Origin: Planctomycetota bacterium
GTDB lineage: Bacteria > Planctomycetota > Phycisphaerae > UBA1845
NCBI GenBank assembly: GCA_016860685.1
Contig: BOJX01000003.1
Coordinates: forward strand, 3,291-67,290
Reading direction: 5' to 3'
Length of the DNA: 64,000 nucleotides
In this document: piece by piece, positions 18,466 through 29,161 of the stretch
Layout of the letters: every line of letters starts with the position of its first letter
How positions within the stretch are numbered: the first letter of the stretch is position 1
The notes under the pieces: model-generated
What the model saw: the letters and a program-made list of their open reading frames with translations, nothing else
The model's database searches: none
What the model was told of the DNA's origin: nothing
Made by a program: the position numbers and the translations under genes

Positions 18466-18501
18466 CAAAAGAAGGCTAAAGGCTGGTATTGGCCGGGTCT
18501 G

Positions 18502-18515
18502 CCAACTATAGTTGG
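18502..18515. promoter_or_regulatory. C-box-like palindrome
   Basis: CCAACTATAGTTGG between the XRE gene and the divergent PEP-CTERM gene. Confidence 0.55.
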
Positions 18516-18567
18516 AATACGGCAGGGGCGTCCCGGCCGAATGGCTCCATTCCCTGGAGGACCGCTC

Positions 18568-19179
18568 ATGCGCAAGTCGTGTTTTGTCGTAAGTGTTCTG
18601 GCCCTCGCCCTCTGCCCCGCCGCTTCTCGTGCCGACATCGTGCAGAACGGCAGCTTCGAGTTCTTCGGCGGCAGCGGCAACAGCAACATCGGCATGGGCA
18701 TCGCGCCCTGGGTCATCGGCGGCGGCGGCATCGACATCTGCGAGCCGAGCGCGCCCAACTACTGGCAGGCCGCCGACGGCCTCGTGTCGTTATCGCTCAA
18801 CTGGTCCTCGCCGGGGTCGGTGTCGCAGACGCTCACGACCACGGCCGGACAGGCGTACGAAGTCCGGTTCTGGATGGCCGCTGAAATCTACGGCGGGCCG
18901 GCGCTCCGCACGATGGACGTGGCGTGGAACGGCTCGGTGGTCGGCTCGCCGTCCTTTCTCTACACGGGGCAGGGTCCGAACAACATGGGCTGGACGGAGT
19001 TCGCCTACGTCATCCAGGGCACGGGCCTCGACACGCTCTCGTTTGTGAGCACCACCTCTGCCAACTATGGCCCGGCACTCGACAACGTGTCCGTGAACCC
19101 GGTCCCCGAGCCGGCGGCGCTCGCGATGTTCTCGCTCCTGGGCGTGTCGTTGCTGCGTCGGCGGAGGAACGGTGCCTGA
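18568..19179 (+). CDS. PEP-CTERM surface protein with DUF642/choice-of-anchor-C-like domain
   Basis: Signal peptide, IVQNGSFE, W.AADG..SL.LN, GPALDNVSV, and C-terminal VPEP + TM + RRRR. GGAGG RBS. Confidence 0.88.
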   Translation: MRKSCFVVSVLALALCPAASRADIVQNGSFEFFGGSGNSNIGMGIAPWVIGGGGIDICEPSAPNYWQAADGLVSLSLNWSSPGSVSQTLTTTAGQAYEVRFWMAAEIYGGPALRTMDVAWNGSVVGSPSFLYTGQGPNNMGWTEFAYVIQGTGLDTLSFVSTTSANYGPALDNVSVNPVPEPAALAMFSLLGVSLLRRRRNGA

Positions 19180-19236
19180 TCCGCATTGCGTTTCGTGGTC
19201 CCATCCAAGTGATCAGGAGTGTAAGGAGTTGAACAA

Positions 19237-20640
19237 GTGTTCCGATTGTGCGCATTGTCAGCAGTTGCTCTGGTGTTGGTAGCCGCGCATCTGGCGAAGG
19301 CGCAGGAAAGCGCGCCTCCGCCCATTCTGCGCATGACGTTCGGACCGGCGCCGGGAGCGCTGCCACCGCCTGTGATCGACCTCGTGTTTTCCGCGGACGG
19401 TAAGTCCGTCGCCGCTGTAGGGGCTACGGCGGCGTGGGTTTTGGAACTGAACACGGGGCGCTGTTCCCTGTCGTCCGTGCAATCGGGTTTCCGGGGACCT
19501 CAATCGCCAACGGGCCATCTTTCCAAGAGCGGCTCGCTGTTCGTGACCAGGATTGATGTGCAGGATGCGCCGAAGCTGTACGACGCCAACGGCGCGAAGC
19601 TGTTGTGCGAAATGAGATTTCCGACTCATGCCGCGTTGTGGCCCCGCGCCAAGAGTCCACCATCGGGAATCGAGGGCAACTACCCGCCTCATCTTTACAA
19701 AGATGGTAAGCCTCCTACGCAATACGTTGCCGGCTCCCCGTTCATGGACATCTCGCCCGACGGAACCATCGCGGCGCTGTCCTATGACCCGCATCGCCAC
19801 GACAAGGACGGTGAATCCGCGGCGAAGGATGTCCTGACGAAACCAGTCAGACCGGTGTCGCTGAGCGAGGTCGCTCTGTTTCGTCCCGGTACAGGTGAGA
19901 TCGTCCGGCGGCTCACCGCCCCGAGCGAGGCGCAGCCGGAAGCGGTCGCCGCGTTCCCGCGCGAGCCGAAATGCTTCCTGATTGATTTTGTGGCGTTCTC
20001 GCCGACAGGCAATCGTCTCGCCGCTCGCGTACCGACCGGCGCGATCATCATCTGGAACGTCGCCGCTGGGAGCGTTGAGCAGGTGCTGCATGGCAGGCCC
20101 TTCGACCAAACGATTGAGCTGACGGATGGTGAACGTGCCCGGCGCGTACTGACGTGGCTCGGCGACGACACGCTGATCACGTTGGCGCCGGTGGATGCGC
20201 ACGCCTCGGCGAATGCGCGCCGGTATGTCCGCTGGGATGTCAACAAAGGCGTCAGCGACGAGGTCGCGTGGGAAGCGGCGGCGCGGCGTGGCAGCGGAGC
20301 CGACAAGGATGATGACGGGGGTCTGCGAGCGCGCGCTGTGCGCGCCAAGGTTGGCGTGGCGGAATTCTCACCCGATGGCCGGTGGGCGGTTTGCATCCGA
20401 ACCGGTCCGAAGAAGGGCAAGGCACGCACGGGTTATACGCTGGAGGTCGCCGATGTCGCCGCACGCCGAGCCGTCGGCGCGCTGGCGTGCTCGCCGGATG
20501 ACGAGCCGGTCGCGATCCGTTTCTCGGCGAGTTCGGATTCCTTGGCGATCGCGACGCGACATGGGGCGCTGTATGTCGTGCCGGTCACCCGGCTCGTCGA
20601 GATGGCGCACGACGGGAGACTGCTGGCGGCCCGTGAGTGA
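19237..20640 (+). CDS. Secreted WD40/beta-propeller protein
   Basis: Signal peptide and repeated FSADG/ISPDG/FSPTG/FSPDG blade motifs. Confidence 0.75.
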   Translation: MFRLCALSAVALVLVAAHLAKAQESAPPPILRMTFGPAPGALPPPVIDLVFSADGKSVAAVGATAAWVLELNTGRCSLSSVQSGFRGPQSPTGHLSKSGSLFVTRIDVQDAPKLYDANGAKLLCEMRFPTHAALWPRAKSPPSGIEGNYPPHLYKDGKPPTQYVAGSPFMDISPDGTIAALSYDPHRHDKDGESAAKDVLTKPVRPVSLSEVALFRPGTGEIVRRLTAPSEAQPEAVAAFPREPKCFLIDFVAFSPTGNRLAARVPTGAIIIWNVAAGSVEQVLHGRPFDQTIELTDGERARRVLTWLGDDTLITLAPVDAHASANARRYVRWDVNKGVSDEVAWEAAARRGSGADKDDDGGLRARAVRAKVGVAEFSPDGRWAVCIRTGPKKGKARTGYTLEVADVAARRAVGALACSPDDEPVAIRFSASSDSLAIATRHGALYVVPVTRLVEMAHDGRLLAARE

Positions 20641-20691
20641 AAGCGGAGGAACGGCGATGCCGTGTGGCGACATAAGCACTGAGGAGCTGAT

Positions 20692-22155
20692 ATGACCTCA
20701 ACTTGGTTCAAGATGATCGCGGTCGCGGTTCTCGGGGCGATGACCTCCGTGGCAGCGGCGCAAGGGGACGAACACGGGCTCCCGCTGGCGGCGTTCAAGT
20801 TCGGCCCCGACGCGGCAGAATCGGTCTCGGTGGTCTCCCTGTCGTTTTCGACGGACGGGCGACTGCTGGTGGCGAACGGCGAATTCGAGACGGGCGCATC
20901 AAAGGGTGACTTGGTGCAGACATGGGACATTGACAAGGGCGAGAAGCGTTTCTCCAAAGCCATTCGACGGGCAAAGTCGCCCTTCCCGGGATTTGGGTTC
21001 TGTGGTGGGGTTGTCGTTGTTGACGTATCCGTACCCGGTGCCGCACCCACGCGTGGCGGTCAACCTGCCCCCGACACCTTGACCCTCGTGGACGCGGTGA
21101 AAGGAATCCCGCTGGGGCGATGGCGGGCACCAGTCCTCAGCGGGTCGCTCGACGGTTCGTTTGATGCGGGAAGTGGGCCGACATCCGTCGGAGTCATGGA
21201 CCTCGCCTCGGACGGAAGCCTCGTCGCCTTCGCGTGCAATCGCTTCACGGAGAACACCATTCGCACGAGCCCGGACGGCAAGCGGCTGCCCGGGGAGTCT
21301 GATTCGATCGTCCTCGTGCGGCCCCTTTCCGGCGAGGTCGTTCGCGTCATCCAACTGCCTGTCGCCCCGCATGAGATTGCACCAGGACTCCCGGGCGATC
21401 CCGTTCCGATCAATATCCGCTGGATGGCGATCTCGCCTGCGGTGAAGTGCCTCGCCGCTCGCGACGACGATGGTCGCCTGTTTGTGTGGAGACTCGACAC
21501 TGGCAAGGAACTGGCTACGTTCAAGACTGCGGTGCGCGGTCGCCCGAAGTTCGACGAGAACGGAAGTGTCCTGCATCCAATCGAATGGATCGACGACGAC
21601 ACGCTCGTCGTGCGGCTCATGGATGGCTTGAACCAGGACGCAGCGCGGCGTTACCAGCGTTGGAGAGTTTCTGACAAATCAACCGAAACGCTCAGTTGGA
21701 CCGTGCCCTCCAGCCCCCCTCAATCCACGTCGCGGCCCGGCCGGCTACCAATGCCGCAGGATGAACACGGCACCATGCCGTGGGCCGGAAAGGCGGCCTT
21801 CTCGCCCGACGCACGTCTGGCGGTCTGCGTCGGCGAGCCTATCGTGACCAAGGCTCGCAAACACGGTGTCGAATCGGCATGGTTGGAAGTCTTCGCGGTA
21901 CGAGACAAGAAACTGCTGGGGATGGTCCCGTGGCCCGTTGCGGACGCGGTGCCGGACATGCTGCGGTTTTCGGGTGATTCCAAACGCTTGGCACTGGCGA
22001 GCGCGGATGGACACTTGTGGGTCACAAACACTGCCGATCTCGAGCAGGCGGTGCGGGCCTTCCCGGTGCCCGCAATCCAGCCGCCCGCCGATCCCGCGGA
22101 CCCCGAACCGTCACGCGGGCGTCATCCGCGGCGTCCCGGGCGGCGTGGCCGGTGA
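20692..22155 (+). CDS. Secreted WD40/beta-propeller protein (paralog of the upstream gene)
   Basis: Signal peptide, FSTDG/ASDG/FSPD motifs, and a shared W.DDDTL...ARRY.RW.V segment. Confidence 0.75.
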   Translation: MTSTWFKMIAVAVLGAMTSVAAAQGDEHGLPLAAFKFGPDAAESVSVVSLSFSTDGRLLVANGEFETGASKGDLVQTWDIDKGEKRFSKAIRRAKSPFPGFGFCGGVVVVDVSVPGAAPTRGGQPAPDTLTLVDAVKGIPLGRWRAPVLSGSLDGSFDAGSGPTSVGVMDLASDGSLVAFACNRFTENTIRTSPDGKRLPGESDSIVLVRPLSGEVVRVIQLPVAPHEIAPGLPGDPVPINIRWMAISPAVKCLAARDDDGRLFVWRLDTGKELATFKTAVRGRPKFDENGSVLHPIEWIDDDTLVVRLMDGLNQDAARRYQRWRVSDKSTETLSWTVPSSPPQSTSRPGRLPMPQDEHGTMPWAGKAAFSPDARLAVCVGEPIVTKARKHGVESAWLEVFAVRDKKLLGMVPWPVADAVPDMLRFSGDSKRLALASADGHLWVTNTADLEQAVRAFPVPAIQPPADPADPEPSRGRHPRRPGRRGR

Positions 22156-22345
22156 ACCGGCAGGCGTGGTCAATGCGGAGCTGTCAGTGGCGCTTGTCGG
22201 TCCGAACTGGGAGATTCTGAGGGAGTGATGGCTGAGGCGCTTGTATCGGTTCGCGGCGCATCCTCCCAGAAATGGGCCAGGAATCGTCAAAGGGCATGTC
22301 GTCGCCGTTTGCTCCCTCCCCTGCCTTGCTCGCTTCCTCCGGGCC

Positions 22346-25300
22346 TCAGAATCGGAATGAACGGGTATCCGTTGACGGATCGGCGCGCATTCCTCTGAAT
22401 GCCCTCTCCGGAGTGTCGGGCGGTGTCGCCGCGTCCGTGCCGGAAGGCGATTCCGTGCGACGGCGAATGCGGACCGTGACGGGTTCCTCCGCATCGAGCC
22501 GGCGGTTGCCGGCGCGCTCGGGCGCCGCCTCGATGGTGTGTTCGGCTTTCAGCGCCTTGATCCGTTCGGCGAGTTCGGAAGCCGACGGCGGTGGCTCGTT
22601 GCCCGGTTCCGGCGTAGCACCGGACAGGCTGACCTTGAGTTGATCGCGCAGGCTGGTCAATGCAGATTGGTAAGCGTCATGGACGAAGGGCTTGCCGATG
22701 CGAGCCTGGTAGTCGCGAAGCTGGGCTTCCGCGATGGATAAGTCCTGTCGAACCCTGGCGATTTCGGCGCCATACGCACCGGCAAGGCGGTCGAGGGCGT
22801 TGAAGACGGCGCGCGGTCCGTGACTGCCCCGCAAGAGCCGGTCGTGCCGGGTTGTCGCCCCTTCAAGATAGACCTCGGCCGGGAACTGCGGATGCAGCAC
22901 AAGGCCGAACCGCAGGCCGCGAAACACGCCGAGAGGAATCCGGCGCTCCTGCCGGATCTCTCTCGGCAACGCATCCAGTTGACCGCCCAAGACGGAGGGC
23001 GCGTCCTCGCGTGAGTATGTGCGGCCCCCGATGGCAATGGGATCGCCGGCGCGAGCGGCGGCGACGGATTGGTCTGCGGTGAGGTTGGACAAGCGTTCTG
23101 ACAGGCCGGCAATCGTGCCCGGCAAGTCGCGCACGCTGCGCCGGGCGACGTACTGCTCGTCGATGTGCTGCTTCTTCAAGAGTGCGAGCCGCTGCAATTC
23201 TGCGTCGGCCTCGGCCAAGGTCAGCACCGCGGGGTTGCCCGATGCAATCGCCTTGACCTCGGCGTAGGAGAGTTCCTGGCCGCCGACATCCTCGGCGCGA
23301 CGCGCAGCATTGTTGCCGGTGATGACCTGGCCGATGAAGCGGGCCTTGGTTTCGAGGGCCTGCCACATGTAGGCGTCGAATGAACCCTCCGTGACGTAGC
23401 GGTAGACCGCCACTTCCTTGTTCGTGTTTCCCTGGCGGAGAATGCGGCCCTCGCGCTGCTCGACCTCCGCCGGCTTCCACGGGGCGTCGAGATGATGCAG
23501 GGCCACCAGACGTTGCTGCACGTTGGTGCCGGTGCCCATCTTTTGCGTGCTGCCGATCAGCACGCGCACCGAGCCGTTGCGGACTTTCTCGAAGAGCGCC
23601 TGCTTCTTGGCATCGGAATCGGCATCACCGATGGCCGCGATCTGCGCTCGCGGTATGCCGCCGGCGACCAGCTTCTCGATCACGTCGTCGTAGGCCGAGT
23701 ATCCCCACGGGGTCGGGTGAACCCCCATGTCGCAGAAGATCATCTGCGTGCCTCGCGTCGCGGCCGTCCGCTCCCATATCGCGGCGACGTTCTCCACCAT
23801 CCGGTTGACCTTCGAGCCGGCGAAATCCGCAGCGGCAGCCGAGAGCATTCTCGCGTCGATAGCGAGCTTGCGGCCGTCGGTAGTGATGTTCAGCGCGTTG
23901 TCTACGCGCGGGTCCACTTTCTCCGAACGCAGACGTTCGTAGCGTTCGACGAGTTTTTCCTGGAGGGCGTGCTGCTCCGCTGACATCGGGCAAGCGACGA
24001 CGATCGGCTTGCCGGTTTCCAGTTGCGGCTGGGGCAGGTCGAGCATCCCGGCCGTCTGCACGTCGGAGAAGGCCCGGAACATCTGCTGGAGTTCCGGCAG
24101 GTTAGTGAAGCGGGCGAAGCGGCTCCGCGGCCGCAGCGACGCGCCGTCGGGAGAAATCTCCATCGTGTCGATCACTTCCCCGAACGTGGCCGCCCAGGCG
24201 TCGAAGTGCTCCAATCCGCGGGTCTTGAGTCCGTCCGGGTCGAGGAACCGCTGCATGGTGTACATCTCCACCATCGTGTTGGAGATCGGCGTTCCGGTGG
24301 CGAAGGTGACGCCGTGGCCGGCATGTTGCTCGCCCAGAAAGCTCGCCTTCATGTATACGTCGAAGGCGCGTTCGCTGCCGCCGGTCTGGATGCCGGCGAC
24401 ACGCTCCATCTTGGTCGGCGTCTCCAGATTCTTGAAGAAGTGCGCCTCGTCGATGAAGACATGATCGACGCCGAGTTCGTCGAACACCAACCCGTCGTCT
24501 TTTTTGTCCTCGGCAAGCAGGTCTTTCAGGCGTTCCACGCGAGCCGCCTTCTGTTTCTCAATCGCCTTGATGAGATTGCGGTTGGAACCCTTTGCCTCGG
24601 CGTGCTCGCGCAGCAGCTCGTCGTATTCGGCGATCTGCTCGATGAGGAACTTCTCCTGGTAATCCCGCGACATGCCGATCCGCTCGAACGATGAATGGGT
24701 CACGAGAATGCCGTCCCATTCGCCGCTGGCAATCTTGGCGGTCAGAAGCTTGCGGCGGTCCCGGCTCAGGTCGTCCTTGGTGGCGACGAGCAACTTGGCG
24801 TTGGGATAGAGCTGCATGAACTCGCGGGCGAACTGCTCCAGCAAGTGATTGGGAACGACGTACATGGGCTTCTTGATGAGGCCGGCCTGCTTCATCTTCA
24901 TGCCGGTGGCCGCCATCGTGTAGGTCTTGCCCGCGCCGACGGCGTGGGCGAGCAGCGTGTTGCCGGAACTCATCCCCCGCCACACGGCGTCGGCCTGGTG
25001 CGGCCGAAGCCGGATCGTCTGGTTCATGCCGGGGAAGTCCAGGTGCGAGCCGTCGAAGAGACGCGGCCGGAGGTTGTTGTACGTGTCGTTGTAGAGCCGC
25101 ACCAGCCGCTCGGTTCGCTCTGGATCGGTGAAGACCCATGCGCGGAAGCGCTCCTTGATGAGCTTTTGCTTTTCACGTGCCGCCATCGTGTCTTCCTGGT
25201 TGACCACGCGCTCCTCGCGGTCGCCGTGGTCGATCACGTCGTAGATGACGGGGGACTTCATGTTCAGGGCGAGTTCGAGCAACCACGTTCCGTTGGCGCG

Positions 25301-27964
25301 CGCGGTGCCGTACTCGGAGGTTGCGGCGACGGACGCTTTCGCAGCGTGCCCCGCGTCAAGGTTCCAGACGGCATCTTTCTGAAGGTGAGCGACCGGGACT
25401 GCGGACGGCTCGACGTGGAACAGGTCGGCCGCGAATGCCTGGATGTCGGACGCGGGAATCCACGGCGCACCGAGATTCGCGTCGATATCGCCGGGCAACA
25501 CGTCCTCGGGCTGCACGCGCCGCAAGGTCTCGGCGTTGCGGGCGTAAGCGGGGCCGGCCTGCTCGGCCCTGGCGAGCTTGGCGCGCACGTTGCCGGACAA
25601 ATAGGCATCGGCAGTCTTCCACGTCTGCGATTCCGGGTCGTGGAAGATCAGGTCTCCCAGTTCGGTAATGACCTGCTCCTCGGGCTTGCCGTAGAGGCCG
25701 GCGATGAACGGCAAATCCACCGTTCCCCGCTGGTTGAGTGAAACGAGCAAGCCTTCCTCGGCGCTGCGGACGTGGGTGACGGGCGGCGTCTTGCCGACCA
25801 CATCCTTCGTCATGATGGCGGCCCTGGCAGCTTTTCCCGTGACCTCGTCGTACTCCTCCAGCGACATGACCAGCATGGCGTCGGGGTCTTCGCTGAACTT
25901 CACGAGGTTGGGCCGGCGGCGGATCACGTTCCCGTCGCCGGTTGCATTGAACGTGGTCTTGTTGATCGGGCCATACGCACTTTGGAATCGGTCGTAGGCG
26001 CGATTGAGATCCCGGCGTGCCGAGTCGCGGTGTTCCGCGGGCCAGCCCTCGTTCTGCGATTGCAGCACGCGGCGCGCGCGGTCGCGCAAATCGACCAGTG
26101 CGGCCAGTCGCCGGCCGGTCCGCGTTCCGTTCGCTTTCAGCGTGGTTCCGCCGTACACCACGGGCACGGCCTGTCTGCCTACCGACTGGCAGAGCGTCTG
26201 GTCGGGGCCGACGAAGAAGCTCCCTTCGTTGATGTGGCGTTCGGGCGGCGGCGGTGAGAACGCCGCGACCGGCTCTTGTTCTTCGGTCGGAGATGCTTGC
26301 GATGGAGCGAACTCCGGCAATCGGCGGATGGCGTTCTTTAGCTGGCCGGCCAACTCGCCGTTGCCGACGACGCTGTACCCCTCTCCGCCGTAGAGCGTGT
26401 CCTTCCGCGTCCAGGAGCCGAGGACCATTTCGGGATGACTGAGGAAGTAGCGATTGACTGGGACCGCGACCCCTTCGACGGCCAGCGGCGCGATGCCGAG
26501 CCACTGCGGGTCGGCGTGATGTGCCGGTTCATTCGCGGCGCGTTTGCGCAGAAAAACGATGTCGGTGACGACGGCGGTGCCTTCGCGCTTGAAGGCGTCG
26601 GACGGCAGCCGAACCGCCCCGACGAAATCAGCCTTCGCCGCGAGGTATTCGCGGATGGCGGCATTCTGCTTGTCGAGCGTGAAGTGCGTCGTGACAAGCG
26701 CGAGCACGCCGCCGGGCTTCAAGGCATCCACGGACTTGGCGAGAAAGTAATCGTGGATCGACAGCTTCTGCCCGTGATAGTCGAGCTTGATGTCGGCGAA
26801 CGGCACGTTGCCGATCACCGCGTCGATGCGATCCGCCGGCAGACGGGTGTCGCGGAAGCTCTCAATGCGGATGTCCTGGTCGGGGTGAAGCGCCCTAGCG
26901 ATGCGCCCCGAAACGGAATCCAGTTCGACGCCGATGAAGCGATAGCGGTCGCTTCCCTGGCTCATGAAGTTGCCGGTGCCGCATCCGGGTTCCAGGATCA
27001 CGGCGTTGCCGGGAACGCCTAACCGCGTGATGGCCTCATGGATGGCCGCGATGACGGTGGGAGACGTGTAGAAGGCGTTGAAGGTCGTGCGTTTGGCGCT
27101 GTCGTACTCCGCGGGGCTGAGAAGCGCCCTCAACTCCTCGCCCAAGCCCTGCCATGCGGCATCCTTGTAGTTGCCGGTTACTGGGTCGGGAAAGATCGAC
27201 AGGGCGACCGGACCGAAGCCGGCGAAACGCGAGAGCACCTGCTTCTCGTCCGGCGAGGCAAGCCGCTGCTCGTCCTCGATTCGCTTGAGCGTGCGGATGG
27301 CGGCGATGATGTCGCGGGCTTTCCCCTTCTCGCCGCCGGCGATCTGGCCGGACGAAGCCGGCGCCATGTCTTCAGGCCGGGACGCGGGCGAATCGGAAGG
27401 TCGGGGTGCTTCGGTAGATGCCGCGGTGTTGCCGACCGGGGCCTGCGAGTCTTCTCTCGGCCCTGGCGGTTCTGGTTTGTCAGCGGCCGGCTCAGTCGGA
27501 AGCGCGTCAAACAGCGACGGAGTTCGCAACCATTTCAGGCGTGCGACGTGTGACGGCGGATGAACGCGATTGCGGCGTCCAGCGAGAGCGGTTGCGGATC
27601 GTTCGGAGGAAACGCGAGCCGCAAACGACTCTCCACTTCCTGGAGGGCGATCTCCAGAGCCGCGCTCGCGGCCTGGCTCGGGTCGATGTCCGGCCTGTCC
27701 TCGGTCAGATTCTCCTTCCAGGATTCGTGGCGGGTCTTCAGCTCCCCGGCGAAGTTGTCCACCACGGCGAGCAGCTTCCGCTTCCTGCGTAGCAGGTCGT
27801 GGAGCTTCGGTCGCTGTCGCAGAAGTTGGAGGATGATCGTCTTGTACTGCATGTTGACCTCCATCGTGTGAATCGGGCGGTTCTTCCAGGGCGACTGGCG
27901 GATCATCGGGATCGGACTCGAACGGCAAGAATGGATGCTGCGGGGGGCGCGACCTCCGGCGCAT
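22346..27964 (-). CDS. Giant N6-methyltransferase + SNF2 helicase fusion (DarB-like family of plasmids and ICEs)
   Basis: LEPGCGTGNF, IGNVPF, AHAVGAGKT, DEAH, HHLDAPWKPAEVEQREGRILRQGN. True start uncertain. Confidence 0.88.
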   Translation of the reverse strand: MRRRSRPPQHPFLPFESDPDDPPVALEEPPDSHDGGQHAVQDDHPPTSATATEAPRPATQEAEAARRGGQLRRGAEDPPRILEGESDRGQAGHRPEPGRERGSGDRPPGSGESFAARVSSERSATALAGRRNRVHPPSHVARLKWLRTPSLFDALPTEPAADKPEPPGPREDSQAPVGNTAASTEAPRPSDSPASRPEDMAPASSGQIAGGEKGKARDIIAAIRTLKRIEDEQRLASPDEKQVLSRFAGFGPVALSIFPDPVTGNYKDAAWQGLGEELRALLSPAEYDSAKRTTFNAFYTSPTVIAAIHEAITRLGVPGNAVILEPGCGTGNFMSQGSDRYRFIGVELDSVSGRIARALHPDQDIRIESFRDTRLPADRIDAVIGNVPFADIKLDYHGQKLSIHDYFLAKSVDALKPGGVLALVTTHFTLDKQNAAIREYLAAKADFVGAVRLPSDAFKREGTAVVTDIVFLRKRAANEPAHHADPQWLGIAPLAVEGVAVPVNRYFLSHPEMVLGSWTRKDTLYGGEGYSVVGNGELAGQLKNAIRRLPEFAPSQASPTEEQEPVAAFSPPPPERHINEGSFFVGPDQTLCQSVGRQAVPVVYGGTTLKANGTRTGRRLAALVDLRDRARRVLQSQNEGWPAEHRDSARRDLNRAYDRFQSAYGPINKTTFNATGDGNVIRRRPNLVKFSEDPDAMLVMSLEEYDEVTGKAARAAIMTKDVVGKTPPVTHVRSAEEGLLVSLNQRGTVDLPFIAGLYGKPEEQVITELGDLIFHDPESQTWKTADAYLSGNVRAKLARAEQAGPAYARNAETLRRVQPEDVLPGDIDANLGAPWIPASDIQAFAADLFHVEPSAVPVAHLQKDAVWNLDAGHAAKASVAATSEYGTARANGTWLLELALNMKSPVIYDVIDHGDREERVVNQEDTMAAREKQKLIKERFRAWVFTDPERTERLVRLYNDTYNNLRPRLFDGSHLDFPGMNQTIRLRPHQADAVWRGMSSGNTLLAHAVGAGKTYTMAATGMKMKQAGLIKKPMYVVPNHLLEQFAREFMQLYPNAKLLVATKDDLSRDRRKLLTAKIASGEWDGILVTHSSFERIGMSRDYQEKFLIEQIAEYDELLREHAEAKGSNRNLIKAIEKQKAARVERLKDLLAEDKKDDGLVFDELGVDHVFIDEAHFFKNLETPTKMERVAGIQTGGSERAFDVYMKASFLGEQHAGHGVTFATGTPISNTMVEMYTMQRFLDPDGLKTRGLEHFDAWAATFGEVIDTMEISPDGASLRPRSRFARFTNLPELQQMFRAFSDVQTAGMLDLPQPQLETGKPIVVACPMSAEQHALQEKLVERYERLRSEKVDPRVDNALNITTDGRKLAIDARMLSAAAADFAGSKVNRMVENVAAIWERTAATRGTQMIFCDMGVHPTPWGYSAYDDVIEKLVAGGIPRAQIAAIGDADSDAKKQALFEKVRNGSVRVLIGSTQKMGTGTNVQQRLVALHHLDAPWKPAEVEQREGRILRQGNTNKEVAVYRYVTEGSFDAYMWQALETKARFIGQVITGNNAARRAEDVGGQELSYAEVKAIASGNPAVLTLAEADAELQRLALLKKQHIDEQYVARRSVRDLPGTIAGLSERLSNLTADQSVAAARAGDPIAIGGRTYSREDAPSVLGGQLDALPREIRQERRIPLGVFRGLRFGLVLHPQFPAEVYLEGATTRHDRLLRGSHGPRAVFNALDRLAGAYGAEIARVRQDLSIAEAQLRDYQARIGKPFVHDAYQSALTSLRDQLKVSLSGATPEPGNEPPPSASELAERIKALKAEHTIEAAPERAGNRRLDAEEPVTVRIRRRTESPSGTDAATPPDTPERAFRGMRADPSTDTRSFRF
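27535..27852 (-). CDS. TnpV-like helical protein nested out of frame in the 5' part of the methylase-helicase ORF
   Basis: GGAGG RBS and MQYKTIILQLLRQRPKLHDLL..., 105 aa with natural composition. Confidence 0.65.
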   Translation of the reverse strand: MQYKTIILQLLRQRPKLHDLLRRKRKLLAVVDNFAGELKTRHESWKENLTEDRPDIDPSQAASAALEIALQEVESRLRLAFPPNDPQPLSLDAAIAFIRRHTSHA

Positions 27965-28534
27965 GGTCAGGAACGATCACGGTTTTTTCGTTCCCGACCT
28001 GCACGTCGGCCCTTGGGTCGTCTATTTGGCGTTCGACCAGCCATGTTCCCGCATTGTGGTTATTCACGATTTCACATAGCACACTCTGGAGCTTGACTCA
28101 ATCGGAAAGGTCGAAACGAATGAATCGTCCGCGACTGATGTCGGTGGGTGACGGATCGGCGAGCATTCCCCTGAATGCCCACTTCCCGACTCACCGAGAC
28201 TCGCAGCCACAGCTTCCTGGACAGTCCGCGCAACACTCGGGAACACCGGTGTCGCCTTCTCGTCTCGTTTCAGTTGATGTTTCTCTTTCAGGGCATCATC
28301 GGCCGTCGCCGTCGCCAGCGCTGTGGGGGCGCGCTCGGCGCCGGCCTTCATGGGTGGTGGTATTGAAGTATAAGAAAGAGCACGGGCGCAACTCGTTGAT
28401 TTATCTCGCTCCGAACCGTCACGACTTGTCGGTCGGCCGTCAGGACCAGTCGGCATACCGACAGAAACCGCTTGCGCCTTTGTCGGTCATGTGCCAGTGT
28501 GTTGACTGTCTACAGACACATTCGGAGGCGGAAA

Positions 28535-29161
28535 ATGACGGCAGAACGACAGACCGCGGCGGTGTCCGCGAATCAGATCAGTACGAAGCGGGGCTTCCCT
28601 GTCTACCGCACGAATCCGAGCGTGCCGTCGGCGAACGGGATCACGACGCGGACCAAGCGGTTCCACGTGCCCGGCGGCAGGGGCTCGGTCATCGTGGATA
28701 ACAGCAGCGGCGAGATCAAGGGCCTCGGCGGCATGGGCTTCTGGTGGGAAGAGGAAGTGGACAGCAGCCGGTTCGTGAAGCTCTTCCTCGACGGCATCAA
28801 GCAGGCGGCGGACCTCTCGAAGACGGGGATGCAGGTCTTTGAACTCGTCTACCACGAAATGCGGGCCAATCCCGGATCGGACGAAATCAAGCTGAATCAG
28901 TACGTGGCGAAGGATAACGGGATCAACGACCGAACCTATCAGCGCGGCGTGCGGGAGTTGCTGGAGAAAGAGTTCCTGTACCGGAGTCCGAGCGACGGCG
29001 TGTTCTTCGTGAACATCCGGTTCATGTTCAACGGCGACCGCCTCGCCTTCGTGCGGTCGTACCACTTGAAAGGCGCCGGCCGGCAACAGGAGCTTCAACT
29101 CGGCGACACGGCGGCGCTCCCCTCGCCCCCGCCGGTTGGTTCGGTGGATCAAGACAGATAG
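28535..29161 (+). CDS. Plasmid replication protein, RepL-like winged helix
   Basis: VDSSRFVKLF...LSKTG..VF...TYQRGVRELLEKEFL...FFVNIRFMFNGDR. GGAGG RBS. Confidence 0.75.
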   Translation: MTAERQTAAVSANQISTKRGFPVYRTNPSVPSANGITTRTKRFHVPGGRGSVIVDNSSGEIKGLGGMGFWWEEEVDSSRFVKLFLDGIKQAADLSKTGMQVFELVYHEMRANPGSDEIKLNQYVAKDNGINDRTYQRGVRELLEKEFLYRSPSDGVFFVNIRFMFNGDRLAFVRSYHLKGAGRQQELQLGDTAALPSPPPVGSVDQDR

